A DNA stretch of 63,856 nt, filler included, from Olpidium bornovanus S191 (lineage: Eukaryota; Fungi; Olpidiomycota): the NCBI GenBank assembly GCA_017911155.1. It is 36 parts of 36 records of this genome, joined end to end, with 100 filler letters (N's around TTAATTAATTAA, not from the genome) between each part and the next. Parts side by side here need not be neighbours in the genome. Positions count along the whole stretch, not along the records: positions 47,224 to 49,624 come from JAEFCI010011746.1; positions 49,725 to 50,992 come from JAEFCI010013509.1; positions 51,093 to 52,534 come from JAEFCI010004701.1; positions 52,635 to 53,864 come from JAEFCI010003913.1; positions 53,965 to 55,920 come from JAEFCI010012892.1; positions 56,021 to 57,124 come from JAEFCI010011775.1; positions 57,225 to 58,374 come from JAEFCI010010432.1; positions 58,475 to 59,518 come from JAEFCI010010833.1; 28 more parts are not named here. One strand, given 5' to 3'. Positions 47,224-58,860 of this stretch are shown here, piece by piece. The position numbers and the translations under genes were made by a program. The notes beneath the pieces were generated by a model that worked only from the letters and a program-made list of their open reading frames with translations, did no database searches and was not told the DNA's origin. How positions within the stretch are numbered: the first letter of the stretch is position 1; every line of letters begins with the position of its first letter.

Positions 47224-49487
47224 CATGGTCGGTCTAAGGGCGCTTGAAACGACGGGCGGTGGAACGATCGAAGTTCCGCCTTTGTCAACCGGGCCTTGAA
47301 CTGGACAACCGATCCGCCCGCAGACAGATCAGTAATCGTCAAAGCAAAGATCTCGGAGGACCGCGGGCGCAGCGTGGCCTTACGTAGGGGTGCTGGAGCT
47401 TTAACGCCGGAACCGAGTGCTGGACAATCAGCTGGCCGAACGTCTGCCGCACTCGCTGCAGTTCGTTGGACGCTTCGTAGTGGTGGTCATTCGACAGGTT
47501 GAAGCGATCAAGGTCATAGCCGTCAGGTGGCTGCGATAGGCGAACGACCAATTCGTTACAAATAGAGCGGTACGATTTGCATGTCTACAAATTCGTCGAA
47601 CGGGGAAAACCACCTGGTCCACGTGTCCCCGGTAATGCGGATAGCCTTTACGCAGGCGATGTCGTGGGCTCCCTTCGTTTTGACAAGGAATGGAACCGGT
47701 GCAAATCCATCTTGAGTATCCCGACCGCGCATCCGGCACGCTCGTCAGCAGCATATCCCAAAAGCATACCTTGTGGGTCATCACGCTCTTGAGAATCATA
47801 GGTGCCGGCCAAATCGAACAGCATCCTTCGGTCGTTCAGGTCAAACGTCAGTCTCGCCACCGGCTTCTCGGGCTCCGCGTCGTCCCAAACTACGGCGTTC
47901 AGCCACCCGTCCGTCGAGAACCGGGCGTCGTCGGGACAAGCAACAACATCGCTGCGGCCCGCTTCCCCATCGCTCGCGACTCCGTCGACGTCCCACACGA
48001 TCTCCTTCTCCCACGACGCCAGCACGACCGGCTGGAAGAGGTCGCTCGAAACGTCCAGCGGCGGCGACGCGGGCTTCCGTCTCGTCTCCGCGCCGTCCAC
48101 CGCCCTTCTTTTTGCCTCCGGCGAGCGCGAAAAATAGTACGCCGCGCCCTTGCGTTTGTTTCGCCGCCGGACTCTCCCGCTGAGCAGGGCGCGCGTGTCC
48201 GCCTCCTGCACCAGGGTCCCTGACACTGACAGCGGCGCTGGATCAAGCGGAAGGCGCATCAGCGGAAAAGTTCCCGTTGTGTCCTCTTCGACGCCGGAGA
48301 TTACGCTGCGCATCAATTCACAAGAGACATGTCTCCAAACGATGTCTGCGGAAACGGGGACGGGGCAAACCCGATCCCGCAGGCTAAAATCGATCGCTGA
48401 CGGGCGCAGCGCCGGCTTGCAGGCCCTCACCTCTGCAGGGTCTGTGGCGTTTGCAAGGCAGCCTGATGGAAAAAAGTTCAGACACTCTCACATCTCCGTT
48501 GCGCAACAGCTGACGATCGGCGGGCGAAACTGCGGCCGGCTCCTGCGTCGCTCCGTGCACTTCGTGGCGGGCCGAGACGCCAGAGGCGACGTTTGTTTGC
48601 GAAGACGCACTAGGCCCACCGCCGTCGCCAGCTGCCTGATATTGATTAGACGCATGCAAACGCACGGTTTTTCCGCCGAACCCGCCGGAAAAAAAAAAGC
48701 CGAACCCGCCGGAAAAAAAAAAGCCGAACAGGCCCGTGGGAACGGGGGTTGGGGGAGTTGGGGGCCGGCAGTCAACGACGAGAGGCCACGCGGTACGTTT
48801 GATTGAGCGCGGCGCACGCGCAAGCAAGCGAGCCGCGGGTTGGTCGAATTTCAATACCTGTCGGATATCCTCTTCGCCGGCGGCGAGGGCCGGGCGGCGC
48901 TCCTCGGTGGCCTGAGGCTCGTGCGCGCCGCTCCCTTCGGCGTCCGCCAGCTCGTTGAGGTCGGAGTAGTCGACCGCGCCGTCCATGGGCTGTATTTCTC
49001 CGCGGTAAAGCCCGGCGGCGTCCTTCCCGTCTCGGCCTCCGTCGCGGTAACCGTCGAGTTCCCCATCCGGGCCGAGAACGTCGTCGACGCCGGCGAGCAG
49101 CCGTGAGAACGTCGAGGAGTTCAGGGCGTTCAGCGCTTCCCGCACAGACTTTTCGGCGCGTGGGTATTTTCGTCCGAGGGCGACGAGAGGGCCAAGCGGC
49201 GGGCGTCAGAAGGCGGGGACAGCGCACCCGCGCAGAGCAGGGTAGGGAAGGGTGAGGGAAGACACCCCCCGGACGAAGCCCGCCGCCGGCACACAAGGCG
49301 CCGGCGGTTCCGGAGCAAGCGGGAGCCGTTCTTTTTTCCTCCCCCCCCCTTTCCTCCTCACCTCGTCGAAGAAGTCTTCCCCGTCGCCGCCGCCGGGCGC
49401 GGCCGGATCCCCGCCGGTGTCCCGGTCGTCCACGAGCCTCCCGTCGGCGTCGACGTTCCCGAAGAGGAAGCCGGCGGCGAACGACAT
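47224..49487 (-). CDS. TAF1: TFIID subunit TAF1, 5' partial
   Basis: GFLFGNVDADGRL (TAND), AVDYSDLNELA, RFNLSNDHHYE, LIVQHSVPALKLQHPY, LTKAELRSFHRP. Confidence 0.93.
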
Positions 49488-49794
49488 CTGGGGAGCGGGG
49501 GTGGGGGGGCTGTTGTTCGTTTTTCAGGCGGTCTGCACAGGAGAACGGCGGGGGGGGGGGGGGGGGGGGGGGGGGGGTGGCGGGGGGGGGGGGGGGGGGG
49601 GGGGGGGGAGGGAGGGGGAAAGGGNNNNNNNNNNNNNNNNNNNNNNNNNNNNNNNNNNNNNNNNNNNNTTAATTAATTAANNNNNNNNNNNNNNNNNNNN
49701 NNNNNNNNNNNNNNNNNNNNNNNNATGAAAATAGTTTTAGCAAACGTGTCCCACGGATGAGGCCAAAAAACTCCGGGGGCGAACGGGCTCTTAC

Positions 49795-50992
49795 CTGTGC
49801 CCGGCAAACGAACAGTCTTCCTGGATGAGGCCGTTGGCCTGCATGTCGATGAAAGACGCCATCTCCATAAGCACCAGAGCCGGTTGCGTGAACTGGGTAG
49901 CCGAGAGAAGTCCCGCCGTGTGAGTGAACGTGTGGGACAGCGTGCTCTCGTTGATCTGCGGGAACAGTGGAATCCTCTTGATTTCTCCCATTTCCATGAC
50001 TTCGTAAGTCATGGACATGTACTTCCGCTTGATCGCGTCGCCGTTCTGGCCGCCGAAGTGCACGGTCTCCGAGGTGGGGTTCACGCGAACGATTTTCAGG
50101 ATCGAGATGCCGTACGTGGACCGCATGTGCGCCTGTGGTGTTGTTGTTGGGTGCCAGGCTTTCGGTAAACTTTCCCTTTCAAAAACAACGGGCGGGACAT
50201 CCCGCAGCAAACGCACGCTTCGACCGCGCTTACCTCAGCTCGGTCCCAGAGCTCGCGGGCGACGGGCGATTTTTCATATAATTCCTGCGGGAGGGAAGTG
50301 CGTGAATGGGAAAGGTAAGCACGGATAACACCTGCAAACTACAGAAAACAAACCACGCAACAAAACATAAACGTTACCATTCCCATGCCAACTTCTTGCG
50401 AACCCTGGCCGGTGAAGACGTACGCCGTCCCGGGTTGCTCGACAAGGGCTTCGCCCTCGAGAACCTTGGACCCGCGGCCGTTGACCGTGACCACCTTGAT
50501 GATCTTCTTGCCGTTGCTCATCCCCACGTGGTAGAGCTTCGTGTCGAGCTCGTCGCCGGGGAGGACCATGTCGAGGAAGGTGACGCGGTAGGATTTGACG
50601 CGCCTCGGGTCGTTGTTGGCGGCAAATATCTCGACAAACTTCCGGGTCGACGCCGAAGTGAACATCCCGTGGGTGATCGTCCCGGGAAGTCCGGCGAGGT
50701 CGGCGAAGTAGGCGTTGGTGTGTATCGGGTTGAAGTCGCCGGAGACGTCCGCGTAAGCGCAGTTCGAAAGGGGAACCGCGACGCTGGCGGGGAAAACCTT
50801 CTTGTCGGGGAGCACTGAGTAGCCGCCGGTCTCGAAGTAGACTGGCTGTTCGATGGACGACCCGTTGCGCGCCATGTACTCGAGGACGATGTTACCGTGG
50901 ACGTCGGCGGCCTCGTAGTCCACGCGGGCGACCTCGATAACCTCGCGGGTCGTCTTCAGCCACACGGTGCCCTTCGTGTTGACTTTGGAGAA
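49795..50992 (-). CDS. FAS1: Fungal fatty acid synthase beta subunit (MaoC dehydratase and MPT domains), internal fragment
   Basis: YADVSGDFNPIH, GTITHGM, AYVFTGQGSQEVGMGM, GLLSATQFTQPAL, FAGH. Confidence 0.97.
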
Positions 50993-51878
50993 NNNNNNNN
51001 NNNNNNNNNNNNNNNNNNNNNNNNNNNNNNNNNNNNTTAATTAATTAANNNNNNNNNNNNNNNNNNNNNNNNNNNNNNNNNNNNNNNNNNNNCATGAATT
51101 TAGTACCCTCGCACATAGGCAATAATGGCTCACCAGGAAGGGCATCGGATTGACCTTGAGCGCGAAGCTGATTGATTTCCTGGCGGAGGATATTAATCTC
51201 GTCACACCCAGAAGAGGCAGGCGCACACACACCAAGAAAACACTGCGCAAAAAAAGCAAACGCAAAATTCTTTTGAAGGAGAAGCAATTTTAAGCGGAGC
51301 ACCCGCGGGATGGCCTGCCGGCTGCTCACAGATCGCGCAACCGCCGGCGTTTTCTTCCTCTGCTTGTGAACAGGCAGTGGAGTGATGACGACCGTGTTCG
51401 CACAGAACACGGCAGGCTTTCCAAACCAACCAGCGCTCCGAATTCACAAAGCCGAAAGAATCCACCGAAAACCACGGGGTCCACGTTTCGCGCGGTGGGA
51501 ATTTTTTGATTGGTACGTGGACGGTTGCGAGGGCCCGTTTTAGGCGCGAGAAGTGTAGTGCCGGATATTTTCGTGTAGTGTATAGAGCTGGAAAACTGTG
51601 GCAATCGATTAACATGAACTTATATTCTTTGGCAATCCATAGCAGTCTGGGTCGGGTCTTGCGGAAGAACACAGAAAAAGCCGACCTGGATTGGATGACC
51701 CGTTTATAGGTCGAGGGTAAGAAAAAACGCAGCGCAGGAATAGGGACGCAACAGGGTGATCGGAGTTGCAGGCATACGCGTAAGCCGTTTACCGCACCGT
51801 GTCCCAGGTGTTGGCTACGATTGGAGGCGGAGAGGTAGGAGAGAAAGTAAGAGGGGGAGGGGAGGGGGACCTACCTTT

Positions 51879-52099
51879 TGCATCAGGTTGAACGCACCCT
51901 TCTGGTCCACGCCTTCGAGCCGTATGCAGGTGAGTCCCTGCCTTCCGTCACTCTTCCTTCGGCATACTACCTTCTCCAGTGCCTCGAACGTGTGCTTTAC
52001 CGACGGCGGCACCTCCGATATAAACTCCCGCAAGCGCCGCTCCTCAGCTTCAGCCGGTGAGAGGAGTTTCTGCTGGTCGGCTGCGGCCGAAGTCATCGC
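51879..52099 (-). CDS. 5' exons of a hypothetical protein (MTSAAADQQ...RLREFISEVPPSVKHTFEALEK)
   Basis: Coding-like segments with gtag donors. Not recognised. Confidence 0.3.
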
Positions 52100-53289
52100 C
52101 GACGTCATCGGGAGGCTGCGGTCCGTCGTGCCGAGGAGGGGCGGCGGCGACTCGCTCGGCGCCGACCTCAAAACGCCAGGTCACGTTTTTTTGCGGGGTG
52201 GGGGGAGGGCGCGGGAGAGGTTCGCCGGCGGTGAGCCATCGACGTAATTTGCCTGCATCCTTGTTAAGAAAAAAAAAAAGGCCACTTGTTACGCGCGCTT
52301 GTCTCTACGGTCACGTGCCCCTGGCTTTGGCGGGCACAGCATCCGAAGCTTGCCTTCCTTCCGTCCCCGACGTAAACAACCAAAATAAACTTCTTAGACA
52401 TCGTCTGGCTTGGCCATGGTCGTAACAGAATTGTGAACGCCAACGAGGTGGGTGGTGGGGGAAGGGGCTCAAGTCGAGCGACGGTCAAACGGAAAGTGTA
52501 CAGTAAACGGGTCTCCCTTTTCGCCGTCAACGTCNNNNNNNNNNNNNNNNNNNNNNNNNNNNNNNNNNNNNNNNNNNNTTAATTAATTAANNNNNNNNNN
52601 NNNNNNNNNNNNNNNNNNNNNNNNNNNNNNNNNNGGGTGGGGCGATCGAGGAGAGTAGGCGAGAGGGCCAGGGTGGGCTGGGGGCCGCTGAGGCCGGTGA
52701 GAGACCGGTCGACGTGCGCGCCGATGGGGCCATCGGTGGAGCTTATCCCGCCCACCAAGCACGTAAAGCCCCAGCCCCACCACACATTCGAGAAAGACGT
52801 GTAGAACCCCTCCCCGAAAATCCAATACAAACTCGAAGCGAACGAACTGCCCAACGACCCGGCGCTGTCGCGAGTTGACGGGACAATGCCCAAACCGTCG
52901 CCCGCCGAGGGAACGTTGACGGTTGGGGTCCCGGTCGCTCCGACACGGCAGGAACGGGCAGGGAGTACGGCGCTGGTACGGCACGGCGGGGGGGATCGAC
53001 AAAGCGGTCGACGAGTGCGTCAACCACGGGTGTCAACGGCGCCGAGCTTGTTTGGACGCTGCCGACCGGCCCGACGTAAGTTGCCCCCGGCGGGCCACGC
53101 ACCACTGCCCGCTGATATCTACGGGCCCTACGAAGGGATCCCACAGCGGCACACCACATCTGGTAGCAACGCCTAGCCTCCTGTTCCGCAACAGCACGTC
53201 CGGGGTCTGCAACTCGAGGGACTGCCCGCTGCCGCGTGAGACGCCGCCGCGGGAAAGAAGAGTTGGTCAGCCGAGACGTTGAGCCCAGG

Positions 53290-53705
53290 AGGGAGGTTGA
53301 TCCGGTGGAGCCGTGCGGGGAGGGAGAAAAGTCTTTCTGCCCGCCGCCATCGCGGGAGAAAGAAGAGTTCGCGCCGCTGCACGTCCGCGGGAGAGAAAAG
53401 AGAGAGAAGCTCGTTCTTCCCCGCCCTCGCAGAGGGGAAGACTTCGTTCTGCCAGCCGCCACCGCCCGCGGGCGAGAAACATTTTGCTCGCCGCCGCGCC
53501 GCCGCAGAGGAGAAGAGCTCGTTTTGCCCGCCGCCACCGCCCGCGGGAGAAGAGTTCTGCCCCCCCGCCGCCGCGGAAGCGAAAAGCTCGTTTTGCCCGC
53601 CGCCGCCGCACTCTGCTCGCCGCCGCGTGAGGCACCGCCGCGGAGGACAAGAAAAGCGCTTGTTCTGCTCGCCGCCGCCGCATTCTGCCCGCCGTCGCAT
53701 TCTGT
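53290..53705. repeat. Degenerate GC-rich minisatellite (core GAAGAG(C)TCGTT(C/T)TGCCCGCCGCC)
   Basis: Motifs such as TTTTGCCCGCCGCC, CACCGCCCGCGGG and AGAAGAG recur several times. Confidence 0.65.
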
Positions 53706-53972
53706 CTCACCCCCGCCTGCCTTTACAAAGAAGGAGGGGCACCCGGCAAGTGCTTGCGTAATACTGCCAGGTTGCTTAGCTGGTCTGCGTATAGACCAAA
53801 TAACTCGGCAACTTTTTCTCGTGTCTGCTACAACCATGCCTCACCGCACCTTCGCCGCCAACACNNNNNNNNNNNNNNNNNNNNNNNNNNNNNNNNNNNN
53901 NNNNNNNNTTAATTAATTAANNNNNNNNNNNNNNNNNNNNNNNNNNNNNNNNNNNNNNNNNNNNAGCCGGGG

Positions 53973-54027
<55 letters not shown>

Positions 54028-55022
54028 GGAAATGTGATCAGCGGCCTGCCCGTGATGCCGATTCAGGAAAACTGTTCACCCCTGGCTGGAATGTGGCAAA
54101 CGGACTTTTTGCCTTTACCTGACAGTGCAACGTGGTTCCGTCGTCCCTGACAGAGGTCGGAGAGGATGGGCTGAGCACACGTTTCCGTCTCTCAGCCCCC
54201 TGCGGGGGTGACAGCTGGCCGAAGCCCAACCTACGCGGGACTTGCAAGCGCAGAGCTTTTACCCCCCTCTGTCTCACCGGTTCAAAGACGCCCTCGACGA
54301 TGTGGCGCGGGGTCGTGTTGCACACGTCCAATTGCTTGCAGGACAAGTCGAAGGCGTGGTAGATATTGACCGACTTGGGCGGCTCCCTCTACATATTCCC
54401 TCCACTTCCCCAATATTCCCCCCCCCACCCCCCCACTTCCCCCTCCCTCGTATTCACCGGCTTTGGCTTTTTCTGCAGGCGGGCCGTCTCGCCGTCTTGC
54501 ATGGGCATTATTTCCAGCCGGGCGCCTGAGAAGGCCGATCGCGGCGGCGCACACCCCTCGGCCCCGCAGCCCCCGGCCTGAACCCCCATCGCGGTGCGAA
54601 ACGCGGATCCGAAGCGCGGCTTGCACTCTCGCCCCTTGTCCGCGGACGCGTTTTTTTTATATTTTCCCGTTTTGAAGGGGACGGGAGGGGGGGAGTGGGC
54701 GGGGGGGAGGGGGGGGAGGGGAGGCGTGGGCGTTCTGAGGAGGCCGGGAATTTTTAAGAGATTCTGGGCGGTTTTGTAAGCGAGGGGTTTTTTTATTTTG
54801 TTTTGTTTTTTCTTCCTCCTCATTACGTCCCCACCTCCACCACCCCGTCCCCCTTTCTTCGCCGCCCGACTACGGAAACGCGCCTTGCGTCCGTCGGCTT
54901 CGTCTCTTTCTCTCTCCACGACGCGCTTTTTCCCCATCTCTCGCACACGCCCCCGGCTCACCATCCATATCCTTCAGAAAAGGAAGAAACAAACATAAGA
55001 AAAAAACTTTTGTCGCCCATTC

Positions 55023-55036
55023 TTCTCTCTCTCTCT

Positions 55037-55071
<35 letters not shown>

Positions 55072-55082
55072 TTCTCTTTCTT

Positions 55083-55117
<35 letters not shown>

Positions 55118-55118
55118 T
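55023..55118. repeat. (CT)n pyrimidine tract
   Basis: Near-continuous CT repeats upstream of RABL2. Confidence 0.85.
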
Positions 55119-55301
55119 CCCAACCCAAATCCCCCCCCCCCCGGTTCCGCTCCCTCTCTACCCATCTCTTTCTCTCGCGTTTTGGGGGAGACGGTGGGGA
55201 ACGGGGAACGCTGCCAGCTGCGTGTCAAAAACGCACACAAAAACCACACACACCACACACCGATCCCTCTTAGATCCCCCTCGCGAGCGGAAAAAAAAAA
55301 C

Positions 55302-55644
55302 ATGTTCAAGGCGTCAACCGAATCGCTCAGCGCGGCGGAAGCGCCGCGGGAGCCCGTTTCGCCCGAGTACGACCCCGGGCCCGGGGTGAAGCAGGCCGAC
55401 CTCAAGATCATCCTCCTCGGCGACTCGGCGGTGGGCAAGTCCAAGCTGGTCGAGAGGTACCTGCTCAACTCGTACGTGCACCAGCACACGAGCACCTACG
55501 CCCTCACCCTATACAGGCACAACGTGCCTCACCCGGACGAGGCGAGGATGCGGAACGGCGAAACGCTGAGCATCGACTTCTGGGACACGGCGGGCCAGGA
55601 GAGGTTCCAGAGCATGCATCCCAGCTACTACCACGCGGCGCACG
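55302..55644 (+). CDS. RABL2: Rab-like GTPase RABL2 (intraflagellar transport-associated), first exon
   Basis: KIILLGDSAVGKSKLVERY...STYALTLY...DFWDTAGQERFQSMHPSYYHAAH is the RABL2-type signature. Confidence 0.93.
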
Positions 55645-55870
55645 GTTGGTTTTATTTTTTCTTTTTTTTTGATTTGTCTAACCGCCCTGCCTCACCCCTT
55701 CTCTCCTCTCCCCCGAGAAACGTGGTCCAGATTGGCTGCGAGGGAGAAAGAACGGGCGAAAAGGCGTTGCCATATTTTATACCGGGCGGGAGACGTTGTC
55801 ATGTATTTCCCGACCTGACCATCAAAACATTTCATTTCCGCCCTTACAACCTTCCCACCTGCCCTCTCCC

Positions 55871-55873
<3 letters not shown>

Positions 55874-55912
<39 letters not shown>
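55874..55912. repeat. (CA)n microsatellite in the RABL2 intron
   Basis: About 19 CA units. Confidence 0.9.
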
Positions 55913-55914
<2 letters not shown>

Positions 55915-57224
55915 GCCCGCNNNNNNNNNNNNNNNNNNNNNNNNNNNNNNNNNNNNNNNNNNNNTTAATTAATTAANNNNNNNNNNNNNNNNNNNNNNNN
56001 NNNNNNNNNNNNNNNNNNNNCATGACGCCGTCCCCCCCCCCTCTTCCCCCAACCCCCGCGTTCCTCGGTGGTCACGCGTAGAAAACCAAAAAAAAAAAAT
56101 TCTAATGGGTGAAGCTTGAAAACGTGAACGGCGTTCGGCCAGGTACAAGTTGCGTTTAACCCGGGGTGTGTGTGTGTGGGAGTTGGGTTGGGTGGGGAGG
56201 ACTCGCATAACCTTGGCCGGGCCGTAAAAAAAGGAAGACAAAAAAAGTGTGAGGACCAGAGAACTTGAGAAGGGAGGAAGGAAGAAAAAGTGAGGTGGGG
56301 TTAGGCGGGGTAAGTGGGCGCAGGGATTCGTCTCACTCTTTGGCAAAACAAAAGGAAAGAAAAACGATTTTCAATTCGTCGACAGCACTTTTTTTCTTTT
56401 GCAAATCGTTTTTTGTCGTTTCTCGTTTTGAACATCCCCTTTCCGCCCAACGCGCACCAAAAAGGGATGTCGCTGAACGCGGCGGAGGCGTTCGCAGGGG
56501 GTGTGTGTGTGTGTGGGCGTGGTGCGGAGTACAGGTTGCCCTCAAGCCCCGGGCATTGGCCGCGTCTGTCGCGGAGGGCTCCACATGCCCGCTAATCCAC
56601 GCCTCTCCAGAGCGCGCCCCAAAGGTTCGGACTTCCTTTTCGGTCCCTCCTCTCTTCCCCCCCCTCCCCTCCCCCCGTCCCCCACAACCCAGGTGTGCTT
56701 CGAGTGGGGGAAAACTTCCCCCGTTTTCTTATAGGACTCGCGCGTGGCTCACACGAGACAAACGACAGCCTTTCTGTCGCAATTTTGCGGAAAACCTTGG
56801 CGGGGTTCGCCGGAACTCTCTCTCTCTCTCTCGCCCACTCTCCCTTTTTGGCCGCAAGCTTTTTTTTTAGAATACCCGGAAAAAGGAAAACGAGCACTTC
56901 CTCGCACGTTTCGCCCGCGCAAAAAAAAATATCTGTTTGGCATCAGCGGCCCTCTCGCGTTTTGTCCTTCCCACATCCCGCTCTCCTTTATCCTTTCTTT
57001 TTCTTTTCTTTTTCTTTTTCCGTACCTTTTCTGATTCCAAAATAAAAGGGTCGGCGCTGCTCACCGGCGGCACCGGGCGTCAAACGCGTAGACCGCAAAT
57101 GTCCCCAGCCAATGCTCGGCCATGNNNNNNNNNNNNNNNNNNNNNNNNNNNNNNNNNNNNNNNNNNNNTTAATTAATTAANNNNNNNNNNNNNNNNNNNN
57201 NNNNNNNNNNNNNNNNNNNNNNNN

Positions 57225-57381
57225 GCCTGAGGGCGCGGCATCCTCTTCTCAAGCCGCCGCGGCCGGAAGGAAGGGCGTCGACACGACAGCTGAGCAGGCG
57301 ACGCCAAAGCCCCCTTCAACGGCGGACGAGTATACACGATTCATGAGGGAGATGAGCGACCTGCTTGCGGACGGGTCGTGA
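57225..57381 (+). CDS. C-terminus of a WBP11/NpwBP-like splicing factor
   Basis: Terminal DEYTRFMREMSDLL resembles the WBP11 C-terminal D..Y..FM.EM..LL motif. Confidence 0.5.
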
Positions 57382-57861
57382 TTCTTGGCATGCGTCGCCC
57401 AGCTTAGTCCGGTGAATCCAAACTCTAACGATGCGAACGGGCCCATCGACCAATTTTTCCCACGAAAACTCTCAATTCCGGCCTCGTGGCACCCACTCGA
57501 GGAAGCGAACAGGGAACCAGTGCTCCGGCCAGCGGGATCTGGTTAATAAAAAAGTTGATCAAATGTTTGCCCATTCGACCGGGGCCGAGAGGCGTCGCGG
57601 GAATTTCCGCCCCTTTGCGAGCAGCGAACCAGCAAGAAATCACTGCGAATCCACTGGGTGCGTGGTGCTAGCAGCGAGCAGGGGATCTGTTAGCAGCAAA
57701 AAGCGTCCCTTTCGGCCCCAATTATTCAGCACAGTTAACCACGGGCTAAGCCTGAGGTCGACAAGAGTTTTGGATATAACATTGTCCCATAGTCCAATAT
57801 AAAGGATAAAGTCTTGCTGTGTCTCAAAACGACCCGGGCGTATTTTCTGCGCGCGCAAACG

Positions 57862-57945
57862 AGAACCGAGTTCTCGCAGTCTGGCGCACAGTACTGTAGA
57901 CAAAAAGAACCGAGTTCTCGCAGTCTGGCGCACAGTACTGTAGAC
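57862..57945. repeat. Perfect 40-bp direct duplication (period 44) containing two palindromic motifs
   Basis: AGAACCGAGTTCTCGCAGTCTGGCGCACAGTACTGTAGAC at 57862-57901 and 57906-57945. Confidence 0.92.
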
Positions 57946-58473
57946 GAAAAATGTGGGGAAGGGGGCCCGGACCCGTTTCAAAAAGCAGCACGCGGCACGG
58001 GCGTTTCCCCAAGTAAACCCCCTGTAATCCCGCTCGGAAGTTCACACATTAGGCTAAAACCAGAAAGACTATAATATTACACGGATGTGTAAAATTAGAT
58101 GCGATATTAGAGCGACTGGCTAGCCCCCCCCCCCCTCCCCCCGCCCCCCCCCCCCCCCCCTCCCATCGGCCGCCGTTTCCAGGTTCAATCCGACTACGCT
58201 GCTCCAATCCGACTTCGTAATTTCACAGGCGGCCCCTTCGGCCCGCCACGCCAGCAACATAAGTTCCTGTTTCGTTCAGGACAAACGCGCGTGAGATTGG
58301 CACACTTTGCCCACGTCCCCTACTCCCGGCACCCCGACACCTTCTTCCCGGCGGCGTCACGGCCGCGCCCATGANNNNNNNNNNNNNNNNNNNNNNNNNN
58401 NNNNNNNNNNNNNNNNNNTTAATTAATTAANNNNNNNNNNNNNNNNNNNNNNNNNNNNNNNNNNNNNNNNNNN

Positions 58474-58860
58474 NCGGCGAATAGATGATCACGTCATCGA
58501 GGTACACCAAGCAACATTGCCAGGTGATCCCCGAGAGGACGGAGGCCATAAAGCGTTGGAACGCCGCGGGAGCGTTTTTTAACCCGAATAGCATGTACAT
58601 CGAGCGGAACCCCGGAGAAAGCTGACACCCGGACCGCCTGCGCTTCACCCACTTCGGCTGCTTGACGCTCGACAATTGCACCCTTCCTGGATTCATCGCT
58701 CTTGTCATCCCGGAGAATGATGAAGTCGCCGCTGATTATCCGGCTAACCGTCGCCTCGAAATAATATCCTTGAAACCCCGAATCCTGATTCGCCTTAGGG
58801 GCATAATCCTTCCAGTGCCTGAGGTGCTGTTTTTTTGCGCGCTTCTCGGCCGCCCGTAAC
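58474..58860 (-). mobile_element. Ty3/gypsy pol remnant: reverse transcriptase core plus a decayed protease-like segment
   Basis: [16 protein letters not shown]...[12 protein letters not shown], and a broken D-SAATSSF motif shortly upstream. Confidence 0.85.

Noticed and set aside
47648-48430. Long overlapping ORFs around TAF1 treated as separate genes
   Set aside because: They are TAF1 exon read-through into introns, or antisense shadows.
48677-48730. 24-bp tandem duplication in a TAF1 intron
   Set aside because: Built around an A-run; likely slippage or assembly stutter.
54038-54560. Possible beta-carbonic-anhydrase-like C-terminal exons (GRLAVLHGHYFQPGA*)
   Set aside because: Resemblance too weak and no catalytic motifs visible.
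57862-57945. CRISPR array
   Set aside because: Only two copies, a 4-nt spacer, no cas genes and a eukaryotic context.
58181-58192. tRNA or Pol III gene from a GGTTCAATCC B-box-like motif
   Set aside because: No A-box or cloverleaf; preceded by a poly-C run.
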